From Amoebophrya sp. A120 (lineage: Eukaryota > Protista > Dinoflagellata): a DNA stretch of 64,000 nt. The stretch covers positions 7,673,882 to 7,737,881 of the forward strand of contig CAJINV010000003.1 of assembly GCA_905178155.1 (NCBI GenBank). The letters run 5' to 3'. Under the pieces are notes generated by a model. It did not search any database, was not told the origin of the DNA, and was given only the letters and a program-made list of their open reading frames with translations. Below, one piece after another: positions 42,772 to 55,135 of the stretch (positions are counted from its first letter, which is position 1; every line of letters starts with the position of its first letter). A program made the position numbers and the translations under genes.

Positions 42772-45700
42772 ATGTATCGGCCGTGCATAGCCTCGTCGTA
42801 TACGCCCGCCACCGGTGTTGCTAGCTATCGGACATCCCGGGGAAACAAGCATGCGACCGGTCACCAATGCTCCACCATCGCAGTGCTGGACTGGGGCCCC
42901 ACGAACCTGGCCTTCGTGCAACCACGGGAACCAGTGCTACTGAAGGGGTTCACCTGGTTGCCCGAGGGCCCGGAGCTGCCGCCGTTCCTTGGAACCGTGG
43001 GGAAGCCGGAGTGGATTCTGAAGACCCAAGTGCGGTATGCCTTGTCACAGTACACGGACCTGCAGAGATGCATCCGCAACCTGCAGCGGTGTTACAACTT
43101 CCCGTATCCTGAGGCCGTCGTAAGAAAAAGAAAAATCCCCCCACCCCATATCAAATTGGAAATCTGTGATGCAGGATTTGTGTACACAAATCAGCTTTGT
43201 ATTGCAGGAAGGCACTGCGGCCAGATCCCCAGGCTATGTAGGGGCGTATCGGTCTAGTTGTTCAGCATGGCAAACGGCTGCCCTTTAGGCCCAACAGCAT
43301 GACAAAGCGCTTCCATAATGGGGGCGAAGCTTTTGCCCTTGTCTTCTTGCAAGACAAATGTGATTTGTGGCCTCACATCAGCAACGCAAATTTTTCGGAA
43401 ACATGCCCTTTCGATATGGGGAGGGGGAGTTTTTCCTTTCAATACATCGGCTACTATTCGCAGCACAATGGCGAGTGCCGCGTGCGGCGCGAGCACGAGA
43501 CGCTGGTTGAAAAGCTTCGGCTGTGGCTCAGCCACGCCAACGCAGACGCAGTGGTGTGGTTGGATTATGATAAGGAGAACTTTGTGTCCCGCCTCCTCAT
43601 GCGCGGGCTTTCTGCCTCCCCGTTCTCCGCACGCCACGTGTCTTTTCTCGGGCGCGTATCAAAAGGAAAAATCCCCCCTCCCCATATCAAAAGGAAGTTT
43701 CTGATGCTGGATTTGCGTAGACAAATCAGCTGTGTAATGCAGAGAGGCACTGCGGGCAGATCTCCAGGCTAGATGGGGGCGTATGCGTCTAGTTGTTCAG
43801 CATGGCAAACGGCTCCCCTTTAGGCCCAACAGCATGACAAATCGCCTCCATAATGGGGCGGAAGCTCCTGCCCTTGTCTTCTAGCAAGACAAATGTGATT
43901 TGTGACCTCAAATCAGCAACAAGACTTCTTGTCTTGCGGCCCTTTTCCCACATTAGAGACGGGGCCGCACCCCCGTGAGATCATCTCGTCCGGACTCATC
44001 GTGGAGATCAACCCCCGTGAGATCCAAGATCCGTAGAGGCACTCTGTAACAGGCATCAGGTGCGGCTGATGAACCTTTTGAAACTTCCTAGTAAATCAAA
44101 TCAAATCAAAATAATGAGGACACATTTGCCCTCCACCTGAAGCGCGTACGTGCGCAAAATGCTTCGGTGGCCCCAGTATGGTGAGCTCGCGACTCCGCGG
44201 GTGATCGAAGAGATGCCGACTTCTTCCGTGTTTCCGCTCCGATCAAACTTCCTCTTCTTCCCGGCCTCGCATGCGGACTTCCACGCTTCCTTGTGCCTGC
44301 CGGACGGGACCTCCGGTGTAAGCGGCTTTGCAGTGTCGGCGGGCTGCTCATAGAGGAGTGCGGATGTATGCCGGAGCGGGCGTCTGCACCAGGTCCACGA
44401 GGATGCCGCGCCCACCAGCGGAGAGCCTAGATGCGCGGGGAGATCAGGGACAAAATCTTTGTGTGTTGCAGTTCGCTATTGGTGTTGTCGTTATGCCTGT
44501 TCCTTGTGTACTCATGGGATGATCTATTCTTAACACTGAACTCAGGTCGAAACTCGTCGCTGCCACTCTCTCTTTTGGCCGGTGGTTTTCTACAATTCGA
44601 CACGGCTTCTTGCAGCGGCTCTCTGCGGCGCTGGTTCGGGCTCGTCTTCTGCCGCGTATGGATGTCTGTGTTAAGCGGGCGGCGTCGTGGACATCGTGTT
44701 TCGTGGGTGCCAGCAGCAACATTTTCTCCTGCTTTTACCATGCAGACAAGCCTGAGTCAGACCACAAGCGTTCTGGCCCGATCGCCGCCACAAGCGCAGG
44801 CGCGGACTCCCACAAGCGTGAGGTCAGGCTTGTAGGCATGGTAGCCGGTCCCTGTGTGGTGGGGCTCTTTACGGCGGTGGCTGCCTGCGGCCGGCGGCGG
44901 GTTGGTGCGCTTCTTCTGTTTTGGCGGCTGAGTGCGGCTTCGGCGAGGCCAAGGTGGAGAGGTTCGTTCGGTCTGCCGCACTTGCGCGAGCGGAGCCTTT
45001 ATTTTCCTACGTTCTTCTGGATCGGAAACGATACATCTTACGGCCAAGGAGGGAGCGGTGGGCCATACGTGCGCGGCGGCGTCGGTGCTCGTGGACTCGA
45101 TCGCGAATTTCCTCTCGGGAGAGGAGGATAATGTAGTTTCATTCCATACTTGGCTACATCTCCTCTCTTGCGGCTCCCGTGCTCGCGGTGGCAGCTGTTC
45201 CGGCGACCCTGGCCTACGTTACGTTGGAACTTTGGGATCCTGTTGCTTCTCCCGAGCGAGGCCGTCTTGCCTTCCACTCAGGGCTCTCGTGGATTGAGCC
45301 TGGCGGGAAATTCCCGTTGCGTGAGGCTCTTGCCAGGAGTGCGTCCACGCTTGCCGACGCGGTTTCGGGGGTAGACGGGGTCAGGGTGGCTATCGGAGCT
45401 TGCTCCGGGGCTTGCGGTGTGGGGGCGTGTTCATGGGGCTGTGCCCGGGCTCAGCGAGGATTTTTTCCCTGTCTGTGCTCCCTCGTGTTCATGCTACTGT
45501 GCTGCTTGACTGGTAGTCATTTTGGCTTTTGTTTTTCCTCCGTCGCTGTCGTTTGGTCCCCAGGGCTGCTACGGACAGAGCCCCCTGGGTTACCACGGTC
45601 GAGTGGTTGTGCGTTTCGGTTCTCCTATGCCCATGCCTACCGTGTACTTGCCGCTGGGTACTGGTAGAGCGTCTCTTTCGTCAGACTTTTTCGCTTCGGC

Positions 45701-48700
45701 GAAATGACATGACGATTGTTTGGGGAGGTTCCTAACGGTCCCCTCAGGGCATTGCCTCGTCGCTGACCTGTGGAGAAAGGCGGTTCAGGTCAGCTTCGGG
45801 AAGGGTATCCGGAGTTGAGTTAGCTTCGGCTTTCTCTTGTGTATTCGAGGGCAGTGGTTGGCGGAGGTTGTCGGGTTGTTCCTAATTGGTCATCCCAGAA
45901 CATTTGTGTTCCCTTGTGACTTCCTCATTTCCTGTGCAGTTTTATACTGCATATACAGGCGCCACCCTCGTTTATCACCTCCAGGGCTACGTGCGACCCC
46001 TCCGACGCTGCGTGTGGAAGGAGGAAGTTCGGCGTGTCGGGTGAGGGACGCCCGACGGCTGGCCTACGGATATCAGGTGGATCACAGGCTCAAATCAGCA
46101 ACACAAATTTTCGAAGTCATACCTTTTCAATATGGGGAGGGGGGGTTTTTCCTCTCAATAGCGCGCCTCGTCGGGGGGGACCACCGGCGGCCCCTCCGCC
46201 GAATTCGGGCAACTACACCTGGGAACGACAATGGAAAAGGGGGTCAGAAATGTCAACGTAGATGCTGGGGACAACGCGGGGGACCCTCCTATTGCGACCG
46301 GATCCGACGGAAACAGCGGGCGGCTCCTTGAGCTGGGAACTGCAGGTGACCTCGCGGCACTGATGAACTCTTCCCCACCAGAGGAGGGCGCGATGCCGGC
46401 GTCCAGCATGGCAAGGTGGCAGCAGCACTCCGCGTCTGCCATCGGCACAGCTCCCGGCGCCCGAAAGGAGAGGCCGAGTCTTCGAAGTTTGATGCCAATT
46501 TTGAAGTACCGCTACGGGTCGACCTTTGTGGACTACTGTTCTAGGGAGCGGGAGAAGGCCAACCCGTCCGCGCGCGTGGACGAGCCGCCCGGGAGGCACG
46601 GGGCTCAGCTGGCTCCGGTCGTTCACCACCAGGAACAGATGTCGACGTTCGAGCGCAAAGGCACAATAGTACAATATGTTTAATATTTCTGCATATGTTG
46701 AGGTCCTCTCGGATAATGAAAGAGCACGCGGTTTTCATATTCCGGATCGTTTGAAGATCCGATTTGTGAACTATAACACTCTGCCCGTCCCTCCTGTAGT
46801 GCCATGATATAGTACCAACAATTTCATCATTCGTCGCGATGTTGTTGTGTAGCATGTTACAAAAAGCTGCAGAACACGAACGCGAATCCGTCACAGGTGT
46901 TCACGCCGACGCGGGACTTGCGGAAGGTGTCGGTTGACTATGGAAGCATAATTCTTCCGGGAGAATTTTACCATCACGGGCGACGGGATTCGACGATATT
47001 CGGCTTTGCACGGCGCCAGAGCTCCGTGGCACCTCCGGCGGGGGACGCGGAGCGGCGCAGACCTAGCATGATGCTTTCCCGTGCGGGAAGCCGTGCGTTC
47101 CACGAGGTTGCGGGGCCCGGCGCCATTGCAGCACCCGGTGCGGCGTCCTCTGCGCAACAGCACCATCCCGGTTTGCTACGAAAAGACTCGCGCATAGAGG
47201 AAAACCCCACGTCGACCTCCGGTTCCGCCCGGCCCACTCTGCTTTTTCACCGCAAGGACAGCAGCATGCAACTCCTGCGCAAAGATAGCACGTCCTTCTT
47301 TCCAGAGCGGAAGAGTGCGCGCAGGACGTTTTCGCGCGCGGGCTCGGTCATGTTTCCCGACCAGATTTTGGAGGAGCCGGAGGAGCTGCCGAGTGGACCG
47401 CCACCTCCGTGCGTCAACAGTGCCGCGACTTCCACAACCGCCAACCTCCAGGCCGTGGCGAACAACCCGAGCCTGAAGAAGTTGTTGCGGCGCAAGGAAA
47501 GCACGGTTTTAGAGGAGCACGGGCTCGGCGACGGGAAACAGCTGCTTCGCACCGAAAACTCCACCTACGTGGTGGTGCAGTCGGACACTAACAGCAGCGC
47601 CTCCAAACCGGACCTCCGGCGAGGATCGTGCGACGCCGCCGCGGCGGCGGACCTGGTGTCGCTGAGCAATGCAAGAAGCTCGATTTTGAAAACACAGCAG
47701 CACCAGTTGGACCTGTTGAATAGCTCGCTGGAGCAGCGGCGGAGGCGCAGCACGCTGTCTCGTGGATCGGTGCTGCTGCCGGGCGGGATGGTCGTGGTGG
47801 ACCAGGCAACTGGTACCGCAGCGGAGCAGGAGAGCGGCGCATTAACAGTGTCTCCCACCGGCGCACCCGCGCAGGTGCGCGTGTCCGTACAGGGCGGGGG
47901 ACAGATTCTGGTACAGCCCCGGCGGCACTCCACACGGACGAGTGTAGCGGAACCGCGCATGTCGAAAGCTTTTTTGCTGGAGGACATCGACGAGAACACG
48001 TGTGCCCTGCCTGGCGGCAGCCCTAGTAGTACAACTGGGCGCAGAAACTCTCGGGCGCCCGGTGCCGTGCTGCGGCGGAAGGCCTCGGAAATCAACCGTG
48101 CGGAGGGACGTAATGTGGGTGTGCACCGAGGGATCATGGAACAAGATGCGGCCGAGTCGAAGATCAGCGTCCGCCGGATGACGCTAGAGTCGCCCAAGCA
48201 GAAGGCCGCGGCGGAGGAGGAGAGTGTGTCCCCGGCGGAGCTGCTGCGGAGCATTCTGCAGCAGGAGGCAACGGAAAGTATGCTGGCGAAGAGCAGCGGC
48301 GGGGTGCTGGTGACCGGAGGAGTAGACGGGGGTTCGTCCTCTTCGGGTTCCCAAGCTGCACCTGTGGGAAAAGCGAAGACCGAGGGCTCGGGTTCGGGCC
48401 GGCAGGGTGGAGCGAAGGGACTGTGGAAAGCGGTGGCAACAGTCGCTCGGATTTCGGTGAACTTCAAGAAGAAGAAAGGCGCAAAAAAGAATAAAGCCGG
48501 GTTGAGCAGTACTGCAGAGGTCGCAAAGACGCAGTCGATGCCCGCTGCCCGAAATCTGCAGCAGCTGCTGTTTGCGGATGAAGGTCCAACCTTGCTGGAA
48601 GATGAGCCGGAGCCCATTCTAAAATCGAGCAGTAGCTTCGCCAAAAAGACGCGGCGCGAGTCCACTGTCACTTTTGACTTATCAAATGACACGCAAACAT

Positions 48701-48729
48701 TTACTGCGCCCGAGACAATACTAGAGTAG
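42772..48729 (+). CDS. 4-exon gene: N-terminal GGCT-like-fold candidate domain plus long S/R-rich low-complexity tail
   Basis: Exons ~42772-43120, 43450-43656, 46166-46668, 46897-48729 join in frame after removing two introners and a GT-AG intron; motifs IAVLDWG, WLPEGPELP, ADAVVW. Confidence 0.65.
43121..43444. mobile_element. Introner (MITE-like intron), family A copy 1
   Basis: Inverted ends AAAAATCCCCCCACCCCATATC / GATATGGGGAGGGGGAGTTTTT; flanks CGTCG / CATCG; interior nearly identical to copy 2. Confidence 0.85.
43657..46160. mobile_element. Introner family A copy 2, expanded by a nested insertion
   Basis: TATCAAAAGGAAAAATCCCCCCTCCCCATAT ... ATATGGGGAGG...TTTTTCCTCTCAATA; direct repeat GCGCG at 43652-43656 and 46161-46165. 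Confidence 0.85.
43922..46088. mobile_element. 2167-bp insertion with 15-bp target-site duplication; possibly a degenerate non-LTR retroelement
   Basis: CTCAAATCAGCAACA at 43907-43921 and 46089-46103; introner sequence resumes after it; (AAATC)3 at ~44093-44110; no intact long ORF. Confidence 0.65.
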
Positions 48730-49297
48730 TAGCTTTGATGTTCGCAAGCCTTTTACCTTTTCTCCTGTGTATGATTAGCTGACAGAATTTTCTACAACGC
48801 GAAGTTGTTAAAGCATCATAACCATTATATTTGCATTTCGGCGTAATTAGAGCGTTGCGGCTGTACGAACTTCCGTCGTACCTACTGTAGACAGAGCTTT
48901 TGGAATGTAAAATGTACATTGTCCTCGACGAAAAAAGTTGATATCGCAATCGTGGTTGTCTCAGCCGCATTCAAGACAGTGTTCAGAGATGGAGTAACTG
49001 ACTGAATCAAACGCTACCAGTTTTCCACCCTGCAGAACCTCAACCTTATGTGACCACTCTGGATCGGTTTAGAGACATATGGATTTGTCTGTGTTTCTTT
49101 AGGTTAATGATGGTTTTTGCGCCAAGTGGTTCAGGTCTCCATTGCCGCTAACAGTGTTTTTCGCCGGTATGAGACAATGACGTAAGTATTCGGATTCGAA
49201 TTTTGCATGTCGGCTTTTGGATCCTCCTCGAGAACGTGGCCAAATTGTCGGCGCAGTAGCTAGTTGACCTTTTAAGTAGAGTCTGTTGCCGAGAAGG

Positions 49298-51775
49298 ATG
49301 GCGAACTCACCGGGCGCAGGTTCAGAGGAATGCAGTGGACTTGGCAGCTCTCCTGCGGACTCTGGCTCCGCGAAAGCACAGAGAACCGCAGAGACTCTAC
49401 ACCAACGCCTAGTTCTCTTCACCGAGCCTTTCGGGGCCGGTACCGACACGGAGGCGTGTCTGCGGGGCCCAGAAATTGCACATTGGCAGAGAAGACTTCA
49501 AGAATTGGATGGCACGTCGGAGGAAATGCCTTCATCGCATTGGTTTGACCGCACACAGATCGAAACGCCAGTGTCAACAAGAAACTGTGAGGCTGGGACA
49601 TTTCTTCGACTGCAGGTAGACCGATGCGGAGAGGGAGACGCGGAGTTCGGTGTCGCCTCGCCTGCCCCAGCGGAGGTGCCGCGGCTCCTCGCTGCCTCCT
49701 TCCGTCCCAATGCGTTTCAGAACGAGGTTGACACCGAGTGGCGCCGCCTCGGACTCGGCGACCAGGGAAATTTACCGTCAGGTGCCGCGTTCGATCGGCG
49801 GGCGGAAGAGTTAATTGGGCGTTGGCCCATGAGTCCAGGCTTGGTAGAAAAAATTACGTTGGGGCGAACCACGAAGCGGGGCACGCAGCGGCACCTTTGC
49901 AGGGTGGACCTGCTCACGTTTATCCGCGAGGCCTGCCTTTCCGCTGCTCCTTTTGCCGCTAGCACCGGTCGTGAAAAAGACGCTTCGCCGTTCACACCGT
50001 TGTCCCGTCGCGTCGCCCGTACCGAAGACCGCAAGTTAACCACGGAACTCGTAACCGCCGTTGCATCAGTCCTCGCTTCTATCTTGGGTGATGTGCATCT
50101 CGGTTCTGGTGGGGCGACCGTACCAGCCTGGGACGACCCCGGGCGAGGCCCGCCCGAAAGCTACTTCCCTGAACGCCGGACCTACCAGTGCACGCCTGAG
50201 CGGGTTGTGGAGTGCCTGTCGCCGTACACGGAAGTGGTGAAGCTGGTTGGTAAAAAAACCGACCGAGCCACCGCTGCATCGTCGCCAGAGGAGGTCGGCT
50301 TGAGCTATCAAATCTCACTCACGCTCGCGAAGGATCCGGGACGTCAGGGGGATGCGATTCGACGAAAGATCATACACCGGTTCTGGACGAGCAAGCTTGG
50401 TGCGTCGGGTACCACCACTGGCCGTCATTGCGAGGGCTTGGTGCGTGCGCTGCATCGGTTCTCCGCAAACTGCTGTGCTGCGTCAGAAAGAAAAAGCAAT
50501 ACCCGAGCGCGCATCGCGTTTCTGCACTACGGAGAGCTGGAAACCGCCTGGAACCGACCAATCTTGAGCGCACTGGAGGCTCGGTCTCCCGCGGCCGAGA
50601 TAATCGGGCTCGACGCACGGAGCGTAGAATACACTCTCTCTGAGACCGGAGGGGGAAAAAAGTTTGATTTTGACTTGGTTATCAACCGAGTTTCGGACGC
50701 GCAGCGCCCGGAACTCCACAAAGCGGCGCACGGATTCCTGCATCTGAGTGAGGCCGTACATCGTATTCCCGTGGTGAATGGTGCGAGAGCCCTGGGCATT
50801 GCCTCGAGCAAAGCGGTACAGACAGGAATCATTGAGGGCATCGGACTGCGGTCTCCGCCAACGGCGATGCTGCGGGAGCAGCAAATAGCATGGCAGGACG
50901 TGGTGGCCTCAATGCGTACGGGGGCGGGGACAAGTTCCGCCGGAAACATTCCAATAGAGACAGAGGCACCGGCAGGGGAAAGTGGAAAATGTGTTTCCAC
51001 GGAACCCATTATTCTAGCGGCTTTCAAGCGCCAAGTTTTGCAGAAAGTTGAAGAGGTAGGCGGGTTTCCGGTGCTATTGAAGCCGAACTGCGGTGGGTTT
51101 GGGCGGGGTATCATTCGGATAGATTCCGCCGAAGACTTACAAGGGGCGCGATTCGCAGCCCTGATCGCAGATGAATGCGAGAACTCGGAGGTGGAGCTAC
51201 ACAGCGGGGCACTATTGCACGAAAATCTGCAGAGCCAATATTCGAGGTTTTTTGGGCACGTAGCGGGGAACGATGGCACACTCCTAGTTCAAAAGTTTTT
51301 AGGCACGCCTGGAACGTTCGTGCGCCTCTGGCATGTTGCTCGTGGGCAGCGGATCGTTGGGGCTGTGACCGTGCAGAAAGGTGAAGAATCTCCAGACAAT
51401 TCGCGGTCTCCGACTTCCTTGGTATCCTTGCAAGACGCTGATGGGGTGGGACCACAGGCAAGGAGTTCTGCGTCGACCGAGAACGATTTTAACACCTGTG
51501 TTTGTCGACGAGCAACGCTGAATTTGCAGCCTTATGTCGTTTCCGCGGCCGTTGCAAGAGAAGTTCGTGCGCTGGCTGAAGCCTGCTTTATGGATGTCGG
51601 GAGCATCGAATTCTTCGAAAACGAAGGAGATAGGTTTTACTTCGACATCAACTTTCTCTCGACACTGCCTCGGAAGCGCGACTTGGGTGACACTGTGCAC
51701 GCAGACCCGAGCATCGCGTTTGCAAATTATGTGTATGATGAAGCTACGAGAACACGGCCGACCTTGACAGCCTGA
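49298..51775 (+). CDS. Protein with C-terminal RimK-like ATP-grasp domain
   Basis: DLVINRVS, PVVNG...SSK, GFPVLLKPNCGGFGRGI, LLVQKFL, DVGSIEF, YFDIN. Confidence 0.8.
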   Translation: MANSPGAGSEECSGLGSSPADSGSAKAQRTAETLHQRLVLFTEPFGAGTDTEACLRGPEIAHWQRRLQELDGTSEEMPSSHWFDRTQIETPVSTRNCEAGTFLRLQVDRCGEGDAEFGVASPAPAEVPRLLAASFRPNAFQNEVDTEWRRLGLGDQGNLPSGAAFDRRAEELIGRWPMSPGLVEKITLGRTTKRGTQRHLCRVDLLTFIREACLSAAPFAASTGREKDASPFTPLSRRVARTEDRKLTTELVTAVASVLASILGDVHLGSGGATVPAWDDPGRGPPESYFPERRTYQCTPERVVECLSPYTEVVKLVGKKTDRATAASSPEEVGLSYQISLTLAKDPGRQGDAIRRKIIHRFWTSKLGASGTTTGRHCEGLVRALHRFSANCCAASERKSNTRARIAFLHYGELETAWNRPILSALEARSPAAEIIGLDARSVEYTLSETGGGKKFDFDLVINRVSDAQRPELHKAAHGFLHLSEAVHRIPVVNGARALGIASSKAVQTGIIEGIGLRSPPTAMLREQQIAWQDVVASMRTGAGTSSAGNIPIETEAPAGESGKCVSTEPIILAAFKRQVLQKVEEVGGFPVLLKPNCGGFGRGIIRIDSAEDLQGARFAALIADECENSEVELHSGALLHENLQSQYSRFFGHVAGNDGTLLVQKFLGTPGTFVRLWHVARGQRIVGAVTVQKGEESPDNSRSPTSLVSLQDADGVGPQARSSASTENDFNTCVCRRATLNLQPYVVSAAVAREVRALAEACFMDVGSIEFFENEGDRFYFDINFLSTLPRKRDLGDTVHADPSIAFANYVYDEATRTRPTLTA

Positions 51776-52324
51776 AAAGGAGCTTATGTTTCATCAACTT
51801 CACAACAACATCAACATTCTGCCTGGAATCAAATCCACTTGATGCGTAAGCATTTCGACGATGTCGGACAAGTCCGCTGCACTCGAGATCCAGTGGTGAT
51901 CGCCTGTTGGGCTCCGCGGGCGGTAAGAATACGAAAAAATAACAAAGACACATTGTTCCTTGCACATGTCATACTTGCTACCTCGCATGAGAACTGGTTA
52001 AAATTCTGTTCAAACGGGTGACGACGAGAACGGGGCGCCATGACGCCGCGGGCGCACTTCATTATGTTAAACTGTTTAGCTTCGGACGGCTTTGGTTTGA
52101 TTTTCTCTTTTTGCCACAGTTCGTCTTTTGTGTAAAGTTAGTAGAAAGGGGCTTGTTGACCAGTACGCCACTGTTGCGCAGTGTTTTCCGGGAAGTAACA
52201 AATTACGGATCTCAGAAGTTGTACTCTTAGCTGCATTCCATCCCCAAAACAAGAATTTCTCTTTGATATTGCGTTTTGGAACCTAGTACGGCTTTATGTT
52301 CGCGTGACAACCACTAGCAAAGCG

Positions 52325-54700
52325 ATGGAAGACGACGTGTTTCCGTTTCGCCCCCGCGTGGACTACCTGACCCCCGATGTTTCTGCTCTGCCGTTGTCCG
52401 AGCTTTTTTTTTGTGACACGTCGGACCTACCTCTGGCACCGACCGAACTGGTGGAAGAGATCGACAGCTACTACTGTCCTCACTGTCTCCAGAATTTGCC
52501 CAGCCGCGAAGCGACGGGGTACGGCATGCGGTGCCCGAAGTGCTACGACTGCGTACGGTGCGGGGCCACGCTCACCATAGCCCAGGTTCGCGCATTGGAA
52601 TACACGCTGATGTGCCCAGGTTGCCGATGGCAGCCCGGCCCGCAGCTGCGCACGAAGCGTCCGGAAGATCTGGTATACCGGTTGCGGTGGAGCTGCCATT
52701 GTTGCTTTAAATAGTTCATACGCTTGATAAGAGACATGCACTAAAGAAGATAAGCTACGTGCATCGCATTTTCTCCTACTCATGCGTGTGCAAAAATGAC
52801 CACACTGCAGGTGAAACTGGTTCTAGCTCGTGAGGACGCAAGCACACAGAAAAGCGTGTTTGCGAACATGAAACGATCCTACCAGGAGCAGGCCCAACAG
52901 ACGCGACGGCAAAAAGAGCTTTTCGAACGAGTGAGGCGCCAGTCAATCACCGCGCAGGCCGAGCTTCTTGGCGGGGCTTCACCTCTCGGAAAATCGGACG
53001 CACGGCCCTGGAGGCTGCAAGACTTGGACCAGAAGCTTGCGGTACAGAAGGAGCAGCGAACTGCAGACAAGCCCACGCTTTCGGAGGGAGCGGCAACATT
53101 TCTTACGCCTGCCGAAGTGGTGCAGCTGCACGGGGGCGATATCCGCGACGAGCTCCCAAAGTCGAAAAAGAAAGAAGACAAACAGGACCGCGCCACGGAT
53201 TCCTTTCCGCGCGAACACGGCTATCTCGTGTTCGATCCCGACCGAGCGAAGCCTGAGTTGGCCGGTGAGCTGATCTCGCGGAGTGTCTGGAAGGACCGAG
53301 GTCTGTACGACCGTGAGGGGGGCAGATTTCTCCTCACCGACGGGGCGCCGGTGCGCGGGGTGTGTGGTCCCGAAACTGTGTCCCGACTTGCTACCGAGTC
53401 CATCTACCTGTACGGCCCGGATTCATCATCTTCGAAGGACCACAACCTGAGGAATGCGGCAGTAGAAGGAGGAGCTTCATCGACGACAGCACCGGCACTG
53501 CCCGCCCCGTCCGCTTACCGTTTTTTAGCTTCGCAAAAGCTGCTGGTGGAACAGGAGAGCCTTTCTGCCGCGAGCGGGGTGCCCTTCCCGCAGCACCGCT
53601 TCGTGCACAACTTGGCCCTGCCACTGCGTAAGCCGTTGCTGACGAAGCGCAGCAAGCGGTGTAAATATTCCGGGCGGATCGTGGTGAAACCCCAAATCAA
53701 CCCGTGCTCCGTCCCGCCGTTTCAGAAGGAAAACGTGGCCAGCAAGTTCCTTCCGCACATTGCGGTTTCCGTCAAACGCACGCCCGGCCGGGCAGACCTG
53801 CAGCACGCACTGATGGTAACCGGCGAAGCTACGGTGTTTCTAGTGCTCGCGAACCCGCTGGACGTGCCCGTGGACGTAACTCTTGCGGAGCTCACTACCG
53901 AGGAGCGCAGCACAGAAGATATTTTAGCCGATATTGCAAAGCGCACCTCCCGAGCGGGGTTGGAGCAGGCTTCATTATCCCCAAGCGGAGCTGCCGCGGA
54001 GCTTTCCGGCGGACGCCGGAGCTCGCAGAGTCCAACGAAAAGATCTTCAAGAGCTGCCGCGCCCGTGCGTCGCAGTCCGGCCCTCCTGAATTTTGCGCAG
54101 GCCGAGATCCAGCCCGATTCCGCAGTGAACCGGGCGGTGGTGCGCTTGTATCGTGACGCAGTGCTAGCGCGGGAGGAGGAACAGCAATTGGCGCCACAGG
54201 ATCTCCGTCGCGAGGCAGATGCTACAGCAGGTCCGCGCGGGGGAACAGGAACTGCACAATCGTCGCTCGTGCAGTTGCCGGGTGCTGTGGCAACTGGCGC
54301 AACTGGGTCGAGCATCCTGGATCGCAGTTTCGAATCCGGGTTTCAGCAAGAGGACCTCACGCAGTCCAACTGCCGAGCTTTCGGAACGCCCGGTGCGAGT
54401 TTACAGGTGGCTCTCCTTCCCCTTTCCGCTTCCTCTGCGGATACGCCGCGCGACGAGATGAACCAGGCGGACGCGAGGCAAGGAAATAGCGCAGCGGTTG
54501 TGGATCGGAAAGGCTGCAAAGTGCTCGTGAAATTTCTGCTCCGGCAAACCGCGCTGAGACGCCGGAAATCTTCGTTTCTGGCTAGGGAAAATACGTCGGA
54601 GGACGAAGAGCTGTTGTTTTACCTGAAAGTTCGCGCTTCATACACAGATCCCGCTGGACGTCGCCACACCATAGTTTTTCCTCTTCGCGTGCGTATCTGA
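52325..54700 (+). CDS. DCTN4: Dynactin subunit 4 (p62), 2 exons
   Basis: LPLSELFFC, EEIDSYYCPHCL, RCPKCYDCVRC, CPGCRW; PLRKPLLTKRSKRC...VVKP; GT-AG intron 52673-52810. Confidence 0.9.
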
Positions 54701-55135
54701 AGAACACATGGTCAGTCATCTGCGTTTTTCTGCGCACTGATATTTTCGAAGTTTTGGGACAAGAGCCGTCATCATGTGTGTTCGCGCGGACGACAGGCAG
54801 CACATATTTAGTAAAAACGACTGCTGTTTATCAATCTTACTGCAGCGATCTATCATGATGTGTTTTTTTGCACCATCTGTTTATGGTGGTTTTGATCATC
54901 TGCTGCATAACGGATCATCTAGAATTATCCTACTTCGACATCATCCTACGAAGCGAAGAAGTGAGTAAAGTAGAAATGCAGAGGGACTGAGTAAGAGGCA
55001 ACGCCAATCGCCACCTAATTCCGTCCGTCCATGCAGAATCAGTCTCAGTCTCAGAGCACGACTCCGGAATGATGTTGGTGCACTGGAAAGAATTCGAAAC
55101 CCCATTTGACTACTCCAGAAAGTAAGCAGAACAAC

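Noticed and set aside
45513-45527. GTAGTCATTTTGGCT, 14/15 match to part of the dinoflagellate spliced leader
   Set aside because: Lacks the CAAG 3' end and precedes no credible ORF; could be chance
47565-48692. Long antisense ORFs (375 aa here; also 12984-13808 and 58787-59602)
   Set aside because: Shadows of GC-rich coding sequence on the opposite strand
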